From assembly GCA_043228905.1 (NCBI GenBank), contig JBHGNT010000003.1:13268001-13332000 (forward strand): 64,000 nt of DNA, written 5' to 3'. The notes beneath the pieces are model-generated. The model was not told the origin of the DNA. It ran no database searches and saw only the letters and a list, made by a program, of their open reading frames with translations. Source of the DNA: Azolla caroliniana. Lineage: Eukaryota > Plantae > Polypodiophyta. The position numbers were made by a program, and so were the translations under genes. The stretch's first letter is position 1, and each line of letters begins with the position of its first letter. This document shows positions 38,869 to 51,733 of this stretch, in pieces.

Positions 38869-41152
38869 TCATCTCTCTTTCTCTCTCTCTCCCCCTTAAC
38901 GTTGAATCCCCTTGGGAGGGGGGTGGAGCCATTCTAGGCACCACCCCCCACCCCGCAATGCTTCTCAATGCACATGATCTCTCTTGCCATCAATCCCATA
39001 CCCTCCATCATCATCATAACCACCATGTCTATCTTTATCATGATTATCATCGTCCTTAACCCTAACCCTAAAACCGATAACACCTTTTGGCGACCACTAA
39101 GGCGACCCCCCTTTGGAGACGGAGTCCAAGAATGATACGTGGCGATGCAAGAAAAGTGACAAATGATGGTGATGATGTGCAGGAACTGACAATATGTACA
39201 AGTGAGTGAGAAATTGAAGATTGACAATGTATTCATCACAAAACGAGGAATCGATGAATTGACAAAGAAGTGTTAAGCATCTCTAATTCATGTTTAGTTA
39301 TAAGCAGAGACAAATATATCCTCTGATGTGTGTTAAAGTAGAGACAAAGTTGTCCATAGTTTACAAGTTAAAGCACAAATGTGTCTCCTCATTATCACCA
39401 TTTCAATCATCATCATCATATCCACCTAGATCATTCTTAACGAAGAGGGAGAAGATGATGATCATGATGAAGGCGAATATGAACATGAAATGCTATGTGG
39501 TTCGTGCAATTATGCTTCGTTGACAAAGACAGTGAAGGACGGAGAAATAAACGCACAACCAAATAGAGACGATTGAAGGGCCCGAAAGAAAGTGATGGCC
39601 GTACGGCCAAAAGGACCGAACAGAGCCGAAGACAAACACGGTTAGACACAACCGAACCGTGGCCAAAACGGAGGCCGGAAGAACGCTCAGATAGTGACGA
39701 TTGAACAGAGCGGCCACGCGACTGGAGGTTGGCCGGACAGGGCTGGCGACGACTAGAAAGGCGTCAGGAACGGTCACCACCAACTGACAACAGCCGGAGT
39801 GGAGCGGCCGGAGAGCGGTCAGAATGGCCAGATAATGGCTAAAGAGTAGCCGGAATGGTCGAACAACGGTTGAAGAGCAGCCGGGCAACAGTCGGAATGG
39901 TTGGAGTGGCCGGATAGTGGCTGAACAACAACCGAAGCAACCGGGCAAAGGAAAACAACAGTTGGACAAGAGACCAGACGAGAAGACACGGCGTCAGAGC
40001 GGCAACGGCCAGACCGGTGGCTAGAAAGGCCAGACCAATGGCGGGACAACAGACAATAGCGACAACCGGAACAGCCATGAACGATGGCCGAAACAACAAC
40101 AAAGACACTGCCAAACCATGGAGGTGACGCACACATGAAGGAAATAGGACATAACAGAGATAGAGGAAGAAAGATGAAGAAGAAAACAGGAAATGACATA
40201 GAGCAGAAGGATAGGAAGCAACAAAAATGGCGGTGGTAGAAGAAGAAGAAGACAGAAAGGAACGGAATAGAAAGATGAATTAGAAACAAGAGAAAGAAGA
40301 AGATAGAAGAGAAAATGAAGAGAAGAAAGCTAACGAATCGCAAAACGGCGGGAAGAAGAGAAAGATGCAGACAACGGCAAGAGAGAAACGTAAGAAGCAG
40401 AGAAGAAGAAAAAAGAAAGAAAAAAAAAAGAAAGGAAAAAAAAAGAAAGAAAAAAAAAAAGAAAGAAAAAAGGAAAACAATATGACCTAAATTAAAGCTA
40501 AAAATTGGAGGGGTATTAGACAAAAGGGTACATAATTAAATTTTTAAAAATCAAAGGGCACTGACAGAATTTTTTAAAAACTCATCAACCTAAATGATAT
40601 GGACACGATCCACACACAACTCACAAGATACAAAGAAGAACATACATATACACGACATGATTTTGGACCCATGACGAAGTTCGTAAGCCGACAGAACGAG
40701 AATGTTCGTGTCGCGGAAAGATTTGCTGACCGACAAAGATGTTCGAGTCAAGCACTCCGATCGAGGGAGTCGATCGTTGAAAGGACCGATAGAAGTCCCG
40801 GTCGAAGAAATATCATCATCAAGGCATGTGGGATCGATGTGCAAGGCACTCTCCCACGAGCGTGCCATATTGTGTTACCCCGTATGAGATGTACGGAGAG
40901 TCAAGTGTGATGAGCGAGGGTCGAATGTTATCATGATGTTGTTGTGTATGTGTAGGGGGCATAAATGTAATTGTGAATCTATACGTATGTGAACACATGC
41001 ACACGTGTGTGCATGTGGATGGATACGAGGAGGTGTGAGTGAGTGTCTATTATGAATGCTCGAGGGGGCTTACACCCCTATGTATCTACCCCCTCTTGTA
41101 CTATTTAATCCCTTATGGGGAATGAATGAAACATGAATGAATATTTCTCTCT

Positions 41153-41189
<37 letters not shown>

Positions 41190-41403
41190 TCATCTCTCTT
41201 TCTCTCTCTCTCCCCCTCAACGTTGAATCCCCTTGGGAGGGGGGTGGAGCTATTCTAGGCACCACCCCCCACCCCGCAATGCTTCTCAATGCACATGATC
41301 TCTCTCGCCATCAATCCCATACTCTCCATCATCATCATAACCACCATGTCTATCTTTATCATGATTATCATCGTCCTTAACCCTAACCCTAAAACCGATA
41401 ACA
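38541..41403 (+). mobile_element. Element H: non-coding, non-autonomous LTR element (TRIM/LARD-like), Arg-type PBS
   Basis: LTRs 38541-39082 and 40873-41403 (TGTTA...TAACA), highly similar; TSD TTCGT; TGGCGACCAC after the 5' LTR; 1.8-kb internal region with no recognisable domain. Confidence 0.88.
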
Positions 41404-42373
41404 TTCGTGTGTCACTCGCATGTACCCAGCTGTTCGAAAGGTAGACTACATTACTCCTGACTGCTTCTCTGAAGTCAGCGCATGCTCTCCAGGCATGTCC
41501 GGTGGCGTCACACCATACACACCTCTGATTGGTCGCCAGTCGCCAGTCGCGCGGCTAACCCTCATCACTTCGGCGGGCTTGGGTGATCTAGAGGTCGCGT
41601 ACCATCCTTGTTAATTCTTCTAGCCCTGCACCGCCCGCAGGTCCCGCGACTATGTTCGTCGGGGTTGGGCCTAGCTCGAGCCACCTCCTCGTTTCTTCCA
41701 TTCGGGTCGGCATCGGTTCGGCCCTAATTTCGACAGCCGGTCTGACGGACGAGGATCCCTTTTCTCTCCAGTCTCGGCGTTTGTCAATCCAGTTGCATAC
41801 TTCTTTGACAGTCGCCCAGTCAGTCGTTAGATCTCGACTGGTTTTCAGAAGAAGACCCACGCTTTCCCGGACGCGCGAATTGAAAGACATCACAAAAAAT
41901 AGGACTTTGCTTGTTTCAAGCACGGTTCGGTCCAATCTAGAGAGTCGCGCGAACCGTGGCTCGAACTCCTGGAGGAGCGCCGAAGCGTTTTGACCCTTGT
42001 CGGGGCTATTGACGCAGTTCATAAAATCCTTTCTTGATAGACGGAGTGAGTCATCATAGTTGTACCTCTCGAGAACTTCCTCTGCGAATTCCGCCCAATC
42101 GTGATAGCCTGCTTGTATCTCAACCATCTCTATATGGATGTGTGGGGTTACGACCCGGGGAAACCCTGCTAGCCGTCTATCTTCGCGTTTGTTCCTCATC
42201 TGCATTTCAGATTTGTAAGCCTCTAAGTATCTCATGGTGTCCTTTCTGCCGAACCAGCCTATCTTGCTGACTGTTGCTTCTATGGCCTGGTCGAGGGCAC
42301 TCGCGCCCTCGCCAACACTAACCAGGCAGTCTACCGCCACCGCCATTGCTTCTGCAAGTTTGCTTCCTCTCAT
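41404..42373 (-). pseudogene. Element G gag (N-terminal part; continues left of insertion H)
   Basis: 261-aa ORF homologous to the Gag of I, K and L (F.G..RYL..YK.EM, KVL.FV, LT.DWA.V). Confidence 0.8.
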
Positions 42374-45111
42374 CTCCAGATTCCTTTGCCGCCCTTTTTC
42401 ACGTGGGGTTCACCAACGATGTTGAGGTTATCCTCGCGGACACGTAGAAGTCGGGCAGGACCACGGGGGTCTCGAACCAAGGAATCGAGAAAACGAGGAG
42501 GGAGGAGTTTGAGAACCGCGTAGGTCTTGAGACTACGGGAAAATAGGTAACGCTAGCAAACGAGAGAGGGTAAGAGAGTCGTGCGAAGATGCAAACACGG
42601 ACAAGACACTGAGAACAACGTTTGTTAGGTAGAGAAGGCATCCCCAAGACAGTCGAAGGTAACCCCCTTTATAGCACAAGGAGTGACAGTTACAAGCATT
42701 CATGAAGCGTCGCTTTCCCTTCCTAGATTCTCTCCCCTGATTCGGTCCCTTCGTAACTCTCCCTACATATGCGATATCTATTTCTTCTTTAATGCCCTAA
42801 CTGCCTAATACCCCTCCGTATACTCATGCCTAGTACTTTCCCTATTTAATTCTCTCTAGGCGTGCATTCGCATAAACTGGTGTTCCTGCGCATTTCACCT
42901 TGCTTCTACCTATGGCCCGGAATCTTCACGAGACCGTTGTACCGCATTCTGGCCTCCCCGTAGGCCTACCTCTTCCTCCCTTCTGAATCGGTTATCCGGA
43001 AGTCCGCTCCGCCCGGTTCTCGTCCGGGTACGTCCGTCACTCTGCATTTCCGGGTCCCGTTCTCTTGCCGCCACCATCAATATCTTGGTCTTACGTCAGA
43101 TCTGATGCTGACCACCGAAGTCTCTAGCCCGGTGTGAGGTGACCCATAGGACCGGTCTTCGTTCCTTCGCTTCCCTAATCTTCTCTAGAACTCGTCGTCG
43201 ACCTCCTTGTTGTGCTCCCGCCTCCATCTTCCATCTGTCTAGGTCTCACGCTAGCTCTTGGGCCAACCGCCGGAGTCTCCGGATGAGATGTAGGGATACC
43301 GATTCTAAAATGACTCCCGACGACTTGTCTGAGGCCACCGACCCTTTTAGTGGTGTAGGTGGAAAGCATCCGCTCTATGATCGATCAAGCCCTGCTTGGG
43401 CTTGATTCTCCAATGTTCGGAGTTTCAGCACCGATGCAAATCCCCCCAGACTCGTTTCGTACCCTCGATCGTCTTCTTCCCGAATTCTGACCTTCGCCTT
43501 GGTCGATCTTTCTCCCCATGTAAAGAGGGTGGCTCGTTCCGCCTGCTCTTCTGTATCGGCACCTCTAAACCGAACCCAACCCTTGTCAATCGGGCTCTAC
43601 TTCCTCCCCTTTGTCTTCCGTGTCTCGGGACGGTTTCGGTCGAACGATCCACATCCGGATCATGCTCCATCCGAATTGGAATGCGGACCAGTTCGATCCT
43701 CAGTCGAGTCAACTTCCGATTCCGCTCCCTTCGGCGCCGCCTCTCATTTCCTCCTTCTCTTCAGTGGTTCTGTCCTTGACCTCCTCGTAGGCCGTTTCCC
43801 ATCCATCTTCGCTGGCATTGTGCCAGGAGTCCTCGTTGGCGCCTTCCATCTCTCTGGTCTTATGTCGACACACGGGCTCGACTACCGGAGTCTCCGGAAT
43901 CCGCGTGGAGGGTTCTTCTCCCCTCCTGACCTCCTTGTCAGACGGTCTTTCTACACAAGTTGAGAGGGCGTCTTGCTCCACACCCTCTCCCGTGGTATCA
44001 TTGTACCATTCTTCGGCCTCTGACTGGGCCATGTCCGCCTTGTTCGGAAGGCCGACTAGCTCTGAGTCTTCGGAATCCGTCCACATGTCGGATCTCTCTT
44101 CTTCGTCAACCATCATCTTCAGAGCCTCATATGCTTCTCGGACCAAGGCTTCGACATCGAGCTTCGCTGATCCTTCTTGTTGTGTGCCCACCTCCTGCGT
44201 GATGGCGCACTGTCGCACGTTATCTTCCCTTTACCTTTTGCAGACCGCTCCTCATCCAACCATCGGCAAACTCATTCAACTTTCGACCAATCCTCAGTGA
44301 GGCCATTCGCTCTGTCGTCATCTTCAAGCTTGATGCTGATTGCGTCCCATTCCACTCTGTCGATCGACCTAACGAACAATAGGACTTTGTCCACCCCCAC
44401 CAATCTTTTTTCCCGCTTTGGGAGCCGGGTAAAGCGCCGCTCTAACTCCTGGAACACCTTCGTTGCACCCTGGTGGGTCGTCACCAATGCAACGCACTGG
44501 TCGAAGTCGCATCGTGCCCGTCCTCCGTATGCCTATAGGAGCGCCTCTTCGAAGCCCTCCTCGGAACTATGTGCTTCTCAGAGCTCCTTTACTTCCGCGT
44601 GCATATGGACAACAACGACCCGACAGAAGAACTCCAGCCTCAACGCCTCGTCTATGCCACACACCTCCATTTCCGTGTTGTAGGCTTCCAAGTAGAATGG
44701 GCCTTTGTCCCCATTGAAATGACTGACTCTTTCGACCACTCGCTCAATAGCTTGTTGCGCGTCTTCTCGTCAATCTTTGCACTTTGGTTAAAAAAACAAA
44801 TGACCTGAAGGCCTTCATGATGATGAAAACCACTTCTTTTCTTCGGCCGGCTTCTTCCGCCTTTTTGTCCGCGGAAGCAGCGCATGGTGCTTCTCCGCCA
44901 GGCCGGCCGTTATGCTTTCGATTTGATCTCACTATGCCCGGATTTGCTTGTGCAAACTATAAGCATGGTAATTCCTTCATCGTCACTCGTCCGAACTCCA
45001 TTACCACTTTAGCCACAATTTCCCCGAAGTCTTCGTCTTCCAACTCCATGCTCCCTTGCCGCCCTTTCACATTGGGTTCACTAAAGATGTCGTCGAAATC
45101 CGGGGGTATGT

Positions 45112-45793
45112 TGTCATGGAGAAAACCGTCCCTAGGCGGAATCGGAGAATGATGTGTGTGAATTGGCCCTTACATGCGGACACAAGTTTTGTTGTAATGT
45201 ACATATTTAGATACAAGTAAGCTGATGTGAATATCCTAGGTCGCACATATTTGATAGGTAGGAAATCGAGGCATATCTCTATCCGAAAGGACAGAGAATA
45301 AAGATGATGTAACAAGTTGTAACGGCCTCCCTCCTTGGGCTATAAAGAGAGGGAGAGGAATCGTAAAAGGGATTGCTTTTGTCAAGGACGAAGTGCTACC
45401 GGTATGGGACCGAGCTCTTCTCCATCTTTCTCTGTATTTGCTCTGTGCAGGTTTTCGGGAGGCTGACTCTGCTCTACGGAACACCCGAGTGCTTCCAGCA
45501 GAGTCTCCATCTCGCTCTTCTACGTGCGTGTGCGTAGCCGTAGGAGATTTGTCGCTCACCGGCCTGCCGGTTATAACCCCTTTTTCATCAGAATATATAT
45601 ATACATATACGCATTCGTCTCGTTTCCATTGTTTCATTCAGTTGCGGTTTCTATGTATTTGTGTGTGTGTGTGTGTGTGTGTGTGGAAGCACAGCCGTTG
45701 TCTTTCTTGCTCCTACTCCTGATCGGTTATTCCTCAGTCCAAGACCCCCATGGTCCCGCCTCGTTCTATACGCACGCGCGTAACAACGTGACA
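45112..45793 (+). repeat. Solo LTR J (682 bp), related to the Trp-primed families
   Basis: TGTCA...TGACA termini; TSD ATGT/ACGT; removing it restores the start of the element I LTR; carries the shared U5 motif at ~45736-45760. Confidence 0.82.
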
Positions 45794-46107
45794 ACGTGTC
45801 GGATCCGGGCGGGACCACCGGGGTCTTGGACCGGGGAGAGATGGGTTTCTAGAAGTTCTGGCTCTCTGGAGCCAGATATGCCATCGAGACACCAACCAGA
45901 GCAGTTCCGGATGCAACCTGGAGACAACCGATCCGGACGCGTCCCGGAATACAGCCAGAACGCATAGAGGGAGACCTCGTGCGTACACGCATACGCTGGC
46001 CCTTCTTAGCCGTGTTTATAGAAGGCTCGAAGGACTTAAGTATATATATTTATACGCATATTACTAAGTACGCGGACTATGGTCCGGTTCACCTTGCACA
46101 CATGCAC

Positions 46108-47072
46108 TGTTACGGGCATGACCATATAATATCCCGTGGTGAGAATTTACCGTAGTATTCTATACATGTGGATAAGTGTGAGGGTTAAACGAGAGTATAA
46201 AGAAGGGGAGGATTACTTTTCATCCTCGGGATTGAGACAACCCATTAGGCCAAGTGTGAACTTGCCTGGGGGCCTTGGGTATCTCTATAAATAAGAGGCC
46301 TAGCTACCCTCATTTCATCATCTTTTGACTACGTCAAGACTCTATTCTTGTGGTGGGTCAACTCTTGTAGCGAGCACGCCAGCACCAGGCACGACTCGAC
46401 ACTACGACGGTGGTATGGGACGCCAATAAAGGCTCGAGTCCGTCTCGATCCCTTCGCTCGGGGGTGGTCAGGTGGATCAACACCCTTCTTTCTCTCTCTC
46501 CTATCTATCTATCATTCTTTTCTTCTTATCATACGCTTACATAAGATCATATCACTAATAGTTGGTTTCAGAGCTCATGTTCTAATGTTTCTTTTGTTGT
46601 CTTTTGTCTTCTTGATTGACGGTGATTGATCGATGTGCGGTCGGATTTGATCCAGACAGCGATCAACAAAGGAACTTCGGTAATCTTTCTTGTTTTTTTT
46701 TTCTATTTTTTCTTCTCCCTTCTAATCATGTATATGGTCATATGTAATTTTTTTTTCATTAATTCAATGATGTTGTAGTGGTAATTAATTGATTATATAA
46801 AACGTTTACCTATGTGCACAAGGTCAATACCTCATTTGACATATATTTAATATGTGATTAGTGTCGTATGCATACGAGGTTAATACCTCAATTACGTATT
46901 ACGTTCACAAACATATTTTACGTTTGTGTATGAGGTCATTACCTTGATTTGTATGTAAATGATATGCGTTTGGTGTCATATGCATATGAGGTCAATACCT
47001 CAATTGCGTATTATGATTAACCCTTATGTTTAGATGTTTCGTGTGCGTAGAGGGTATATGCCTTGATTACGT
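46108..47072 (+). mobile_element. Element D: 5' LTR (46108-46560), degenerate Met PBS and 5' UTR
   Basis: TGTTA start; TATA-like CTATAAATA at ~46285; TGGTTTCAGAGC at 46563; UTR with degenerate repeats. Confidence 0.72.
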
Positions 47073-47263
47073 TGTCATGCCTTTCGGCGCCGGATCGTTG
47101 CGTGAGTCGAGTGGGAACCGCCGGGGTTTTGGACTAGGAGGAGGAAGAATTTGAGGCTAATGTAGTTATGAGTAGATTATAAGAAAGAGATATAAATACG
47201 TCGTGAATCCCAGGACTATAGTTTGTTTCGTGAATCCCACGAGTATAGTTTATTCCGTGAATC
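47073..47263 (-). repeat. Terminal ~190 bp of an element K LTR in inverted orientation
   Basis: Reverse complement closely matches 52106-52296; flanked by ACGT. Confidence 0.88.
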
Positions 47264-47446
47264 GCCAACACCAGGTACGACTCGACGCCACAACGGTGGT
47301 ATGGGATGCCGATCGAGGCTCGAGTCCATCTCAATCCCTTCCCTCGGGGGTGGTCGGGTGGATCGACACCCTTCTTTCTCTCTCTCCTATCTATCTATCA
47401 TTCTTTTCTCCTTATCATACACTGACATTAGATCATATCTCTAATA
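47263..47446 (+). repeat. 3' part of a D-family LTR
   Basis: Similar to 46377-46560. Confidence 0.8.
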
Positions 47447-50254
47447 GTATTTTCATCAGTATACTTTCCTCGAAGGTGATAATAAAGATCTGATGTTATT
47501 TCAGTGAAGCTAATCATGTTAATTTCATGGAAACTTTACAATATCGTATGGAAAAATTAAAGTCCTGGATGAGATCAGCCCATCATGCCTTACAACCTTT
47601 CAGGTCTTGTTGGTCACAAAAATATTTCAAGGACTCGTGGTCCATAGTTACCACAAATCGATTTCCATAAAGATAATGGTGCCATGTATAATTGCAAATA
47701 ATTCCTTTTCTTGAACAGTATACTGACATTCAGCAGAATCAAGTTTCTTACTCTCGAATGCTATTGGTTTACCATCTTGATATAAGACAACACCTATAGC
47801 ATAATCACTTGCATCGGTTTCAACCTCAAAAGGTTTTGAAGGATCAGCTAAAAGAAGAGAAGGAGCCTTGCATACCAGGTCCTTGAGTTCCTTAAAGGCG
47901 AGGTCTAGTGTAGCATTCCAGAAAATAGGTTTTGTAGACTTACGTGTTTGACCTTTTCGAAGATCAGTAAACGGTGTCGTCAATTGGGAGTAATTATGAA
48001 GGGATTTTCGCAAACACCCGACAAAACAAAGGAATGATCGAACTTCTCGAATATTCCGAAGAGTGGCCAAAGCTTGATTTTCTCGATGCGAGAAATATCA
48101 ATTTCAACTCCTCTTTCGGTTATGAGATGTCCAAGATAAGTAATTGATTTCTTGAAGAACTCAAATTTTGAGAACTTTGCATAAAACTGTTTGTCACGCA
48201 ATGTTTGTAAAACAAAGCGAACATGTTTAGCATGTTCTTGTAATGTACAACTATAAACTAAAATATCATCCAAGAAAATAACGACAAATTTTCCAAGTTG
48301 TTCTTGGAAAATGTCATTCATTTCTTGTTGAAATGTAGCCGGAGCATTGGTCAAACCAAAAGGCATAACTAAAAACTCATAATGGCCATAGCGCGTACGA
48401 AATGCCCTTTTAGGAACATCGTCCTCACTTATACGAATTTGATGGTAGCCAGTATGGAGATCAAGTTTCGTAAAATACTGAGCTCCCTGGAGACAATCAA
48501 TTAGATCCTCAGCCCGGGGCAATGGATACGAATTCTTGATCGTCACTTTATTCAAGCGTCGGTAATTAATACACATACGCCATGTGCCCTCTTTCTTTTT
48601 AACCAAGAGAACTGGTGCACCCCATGGAGATTTACTGTAATGTATATAACCCATTTGTAAATAGTCCTTGAGTTGCTTAGATACCTCATCCTCTTCGGAT
48701 CAACTTAAGCGATAAGGAGGTATACTTATTGGTGCAACGCCAGGTATAATATCTATACGATGGTCTATATTACATTTAGGAGGTAACCCATCTGGTAGTT
48801 CACTCGAAAAAACATCACGAAAATCATTTAAGATTTCATCAAGTTGTTGTTCTTCAAAATATGTTAATTTAAACGAGACATTATCGATATTGTAAATGTG
48901 AATGTCCGGATCAAGTACACAATAAAATAGAGGAGAACAAGACAACTCGGATATTGATGGAGAGGAAACAATCGAGAGGGATTGTTTTTTTACGCATTGA
49001 ATAAAATGAGTAGAATTGTTCAGTACAAATGTTATTGAATGATTAACCCAATCAATAGATAAAGAAGAGTTTTTATTATAGAACCAGGGATAACCCAGTA
49101 TTACATCAACGGTACAAAGATTCATTACATGGAAGTCTACTTCCTCTATATAAGTATCAATAGAAATTCCTAATGAATGAATCGCCCCATTGATGTATTG
49201 TACTCTTCCATCAACCAAGTGCACCATATAGGTGTGATCACTTACGGTGGGTTGGATTCTCCATATCTGAACCAAACGATCATTCACAAAGTTGTGTGAG
49301 CTTCCCGAATCAAACAAAAATTGTACGGGAGATCCATTGATATACCCATTTGCGCGTAGTAAATCACTGGGACCCAATACATAGTGAGGGAAAGAACATT
49401 GATAATTACTTAAATGATGTGTATAGACCTGAAGGACATTAGGAATCTGAGATTTATGGTGTGTAGCTTTAGCTTTGCTATCGTGCTCTTTCCATTGGAG
49501 CTTTCGACATTGCTCTTTTGTTGACCCTTCTTTTTGCAGAATACGCAAAAAGGATGTTGTTGCTTAAAATCGCGATCCATGAATTCGTTGGGTGTCTTGC
49601 GTTTCCCAGCGAATTGCGACTGCTTAGTCCCAGGCGCTTCATTGGGTTTGTTGTGGTCCTTCTTCGAAGTGCGTAGATAGCGAAGAACTATTTCAACGGC
49701 CTATTCGAAGGATTTTGGATCCTTATCATGCACTATCTAGTGATAGTCTGAATTGGGGATGCCATTGACAAAACAAGCTATTAACCAATTGTCCCTTCTA
49801 GACCCGATTTTTGGATTTGGGTTCTAGTATGGTGAACATAGTCTTCTAGCGAGGAAAACTTCCTACTAGAGAGGTTCATTAAAGCTTGTGCTGCCTCAGT
49901 TCGAGATGGAGGTTGAAGAAATTGACCCTTAAAAACTGTGACAAAATTTGTCCAGGTATCGGGCAATTTCCCCAAAGTTCAGAGCCCACGCTACCAGGCG
50001 GCAGCCTTACCCCCTAGTTCTCGGCCGACATATGCAATCTTCGTACTATCTGGCATGGGATAGAGCTCAAAATGAGACTCCCATTGGCCCAACCACGTGC
50101 AGATTGCTTCTTCGGTTCTTTCATTTTTTTCTCCCATAAATGGCTTAACGACAAACGATGGTTCACCTTGTTGCTCATCAGGTCTATTAGTCTCATGTTG
50201 TAAACTAATGACACGTGCCTCAAGAGCACTTTGACATTGCCAAAGTTCGGTCAT
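47447..50254 (-). pseudogene. Element E: Ty3/gypsy (chromovirus-type) gag, protease, RT and RNase H; integrase not present in window
   Basis: FLFDSGSSHNF; [13 protein letters not shown]; YPLPR; [13 protein letters not shown]; FLDDILVY; ETDASDYAIG; EKELFAI. Confidence 0.9.
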
Positions 50255-51661
50255 CTATTGAGTAGTGAAACTAAGTTATTGGCTTAATATTGTAAAATAC
50301 ATATCAATGGACATTTCTCCAAGAGGATTTCCTTGAGTTCCTTCCGCTTGAGCGAATGACATCAGGCAGTTATTTTGAGCCATTGAATGGTTATTTCTAG
50401 CAAAGAAATAGGATAAGCTTAGACAAATATTCATAACATCATGTTGTGATGTAAACATATCATGGGCAAACATTAATCGATATCATGATCTTAGGTCAAT
50501 ACCCCTCTAGACGTATGAGATGAGGTTGAAGATAATGGAAACACAAAGGTGTTTCACAAACACCGTGGAGGTGACAAATTAATGTCTTTCCCTTATCTCT
50601 ATATCGATTTTTTCATGGCGGATCCCCGAGGCTCAACAACCATGTATGTTTGCGTCATGAATAGTTTATACATGAAATTTTTTTAACAATAAACTATGTT
50701 TGGGTGCCCACATATGTGGTTTCGGCTCTTTAAGTCCTATTACGAGGACCTCGAAGTGCACTTAGACCTCAAGTCTAAACGTGTGTTATAGTCATATGTA
50801 TCAACGATGTTGTATGGTCTTGGTCATATTTGAACTCGAGACCTCGAGAACAAATGCATTAAACACTTGAGCCAACCAAGTAGGTTGCTTTCTTGAATGT
50901 TTAATATTTAATGCGTATAAAAGATATGCGAGGCATTTGCCCATATATGTGTTTTTAAAAGAAACATATATGTCAAGAGTCCTTATTTCCCCCTCGTTTA
51001 GCTCAAACTTTGTTAGTACGTTACCTAACCTCAAGTCTCATAATTACGATGGCATACGCCAAAGTGCAACCTAATGGTCAAGCCAAATGACCCCTCTCTT
51101 CGTACTAGGCCCACATGGCCCATCACATGGTTACGTCATTACGAATGTCTTTCGTAAGAAGGATCTCATGGTGGCATCGTATCCATGTAATGAGGGAGGG
51201 ATGTTGGATATGGGTGTCATAGGAGTGACCTCACATGAAGTGGGTTAAGCCCTATGTACTCAACACCATTGTGGCTATGATTGTTTCATTACATAACGAA
51301 ATATCGAAGTGACCAACGGGGATGTCAACGAAAAATTGTTGAAAAAGGGATGGTGAAAACGCCATTCTCAAAAAAATGTGAGGGCGTCCACCAAGATCCT
51401 TTCCCCGAAAAGGAAAACATTCGATTTAAAATCACGTAATAACTTATATACGCATATGTATATTATCACATATATACGATCAACAACGTATACACGTGAC
51501 CACATATGCCTATATTAACAAATCATTATATTTAATAGCCAAAAATGACGTAATCGAGATACGTTGTCGTAGTGTATTTCGTACACTATGTGAAAAACTT
51601 ATAAAGTACCCGATTTAATAAATATGAAGAAAACGAAAAAAATGTGAGAATACATGTTACA

Positions 51662-51733
51662 TGCATAGGGCAAGATTGGAACCTTGTACCTCCATGTTAA
51701 TAATATGAAGGCTTACCATTACACTAACACATC
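51662..51733 (-). promoter_or_regulatory. tRNA-like Pol III A-box/B-box module in K 5' LTR
   Basis: A box TAGTGTAATGG (51726-51716), B box GGTTCCAATCT (51683-51673), T7 run downstream. Confidence 0.55.

Larger units (their letters stand above)
33133..42933 (-). mobile_element. Element G: Ty3/gypsy gag-pol element, tRNA-Trp PBS, 4-bp TSD (Phygy/Selgy-like non-chromovirus, tentative)
   Basis: LTRs 33133-33878 and 42420-42933 (the latter with an internal deletion); TSD CCGT; PBS 42398-42415; order gag-PR-RT-RH-IN. Confidence 0.9.
30863..46107 (-). mobile_element. Element I: old Trp-primed Gag-only LTR retroelement hosting G, J and D
   Basis: 3' LTR 30863-31847 followed by PPT; 5' LTR 45088-46107 (split by J, cut by D) matches 30863-31177; decayed Trp PBS 45066-45083; gag remnants (LEDDDRANGLTEDWSKVE); no pol motifs seen. 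Confidence 0.75.

Noticed and set aside
39819-40523. 234-aa Phe/Leu-rich ORF resembling a membrane or env-like protein
   Set aside because: Antisense reading of a purine tract; low complexity
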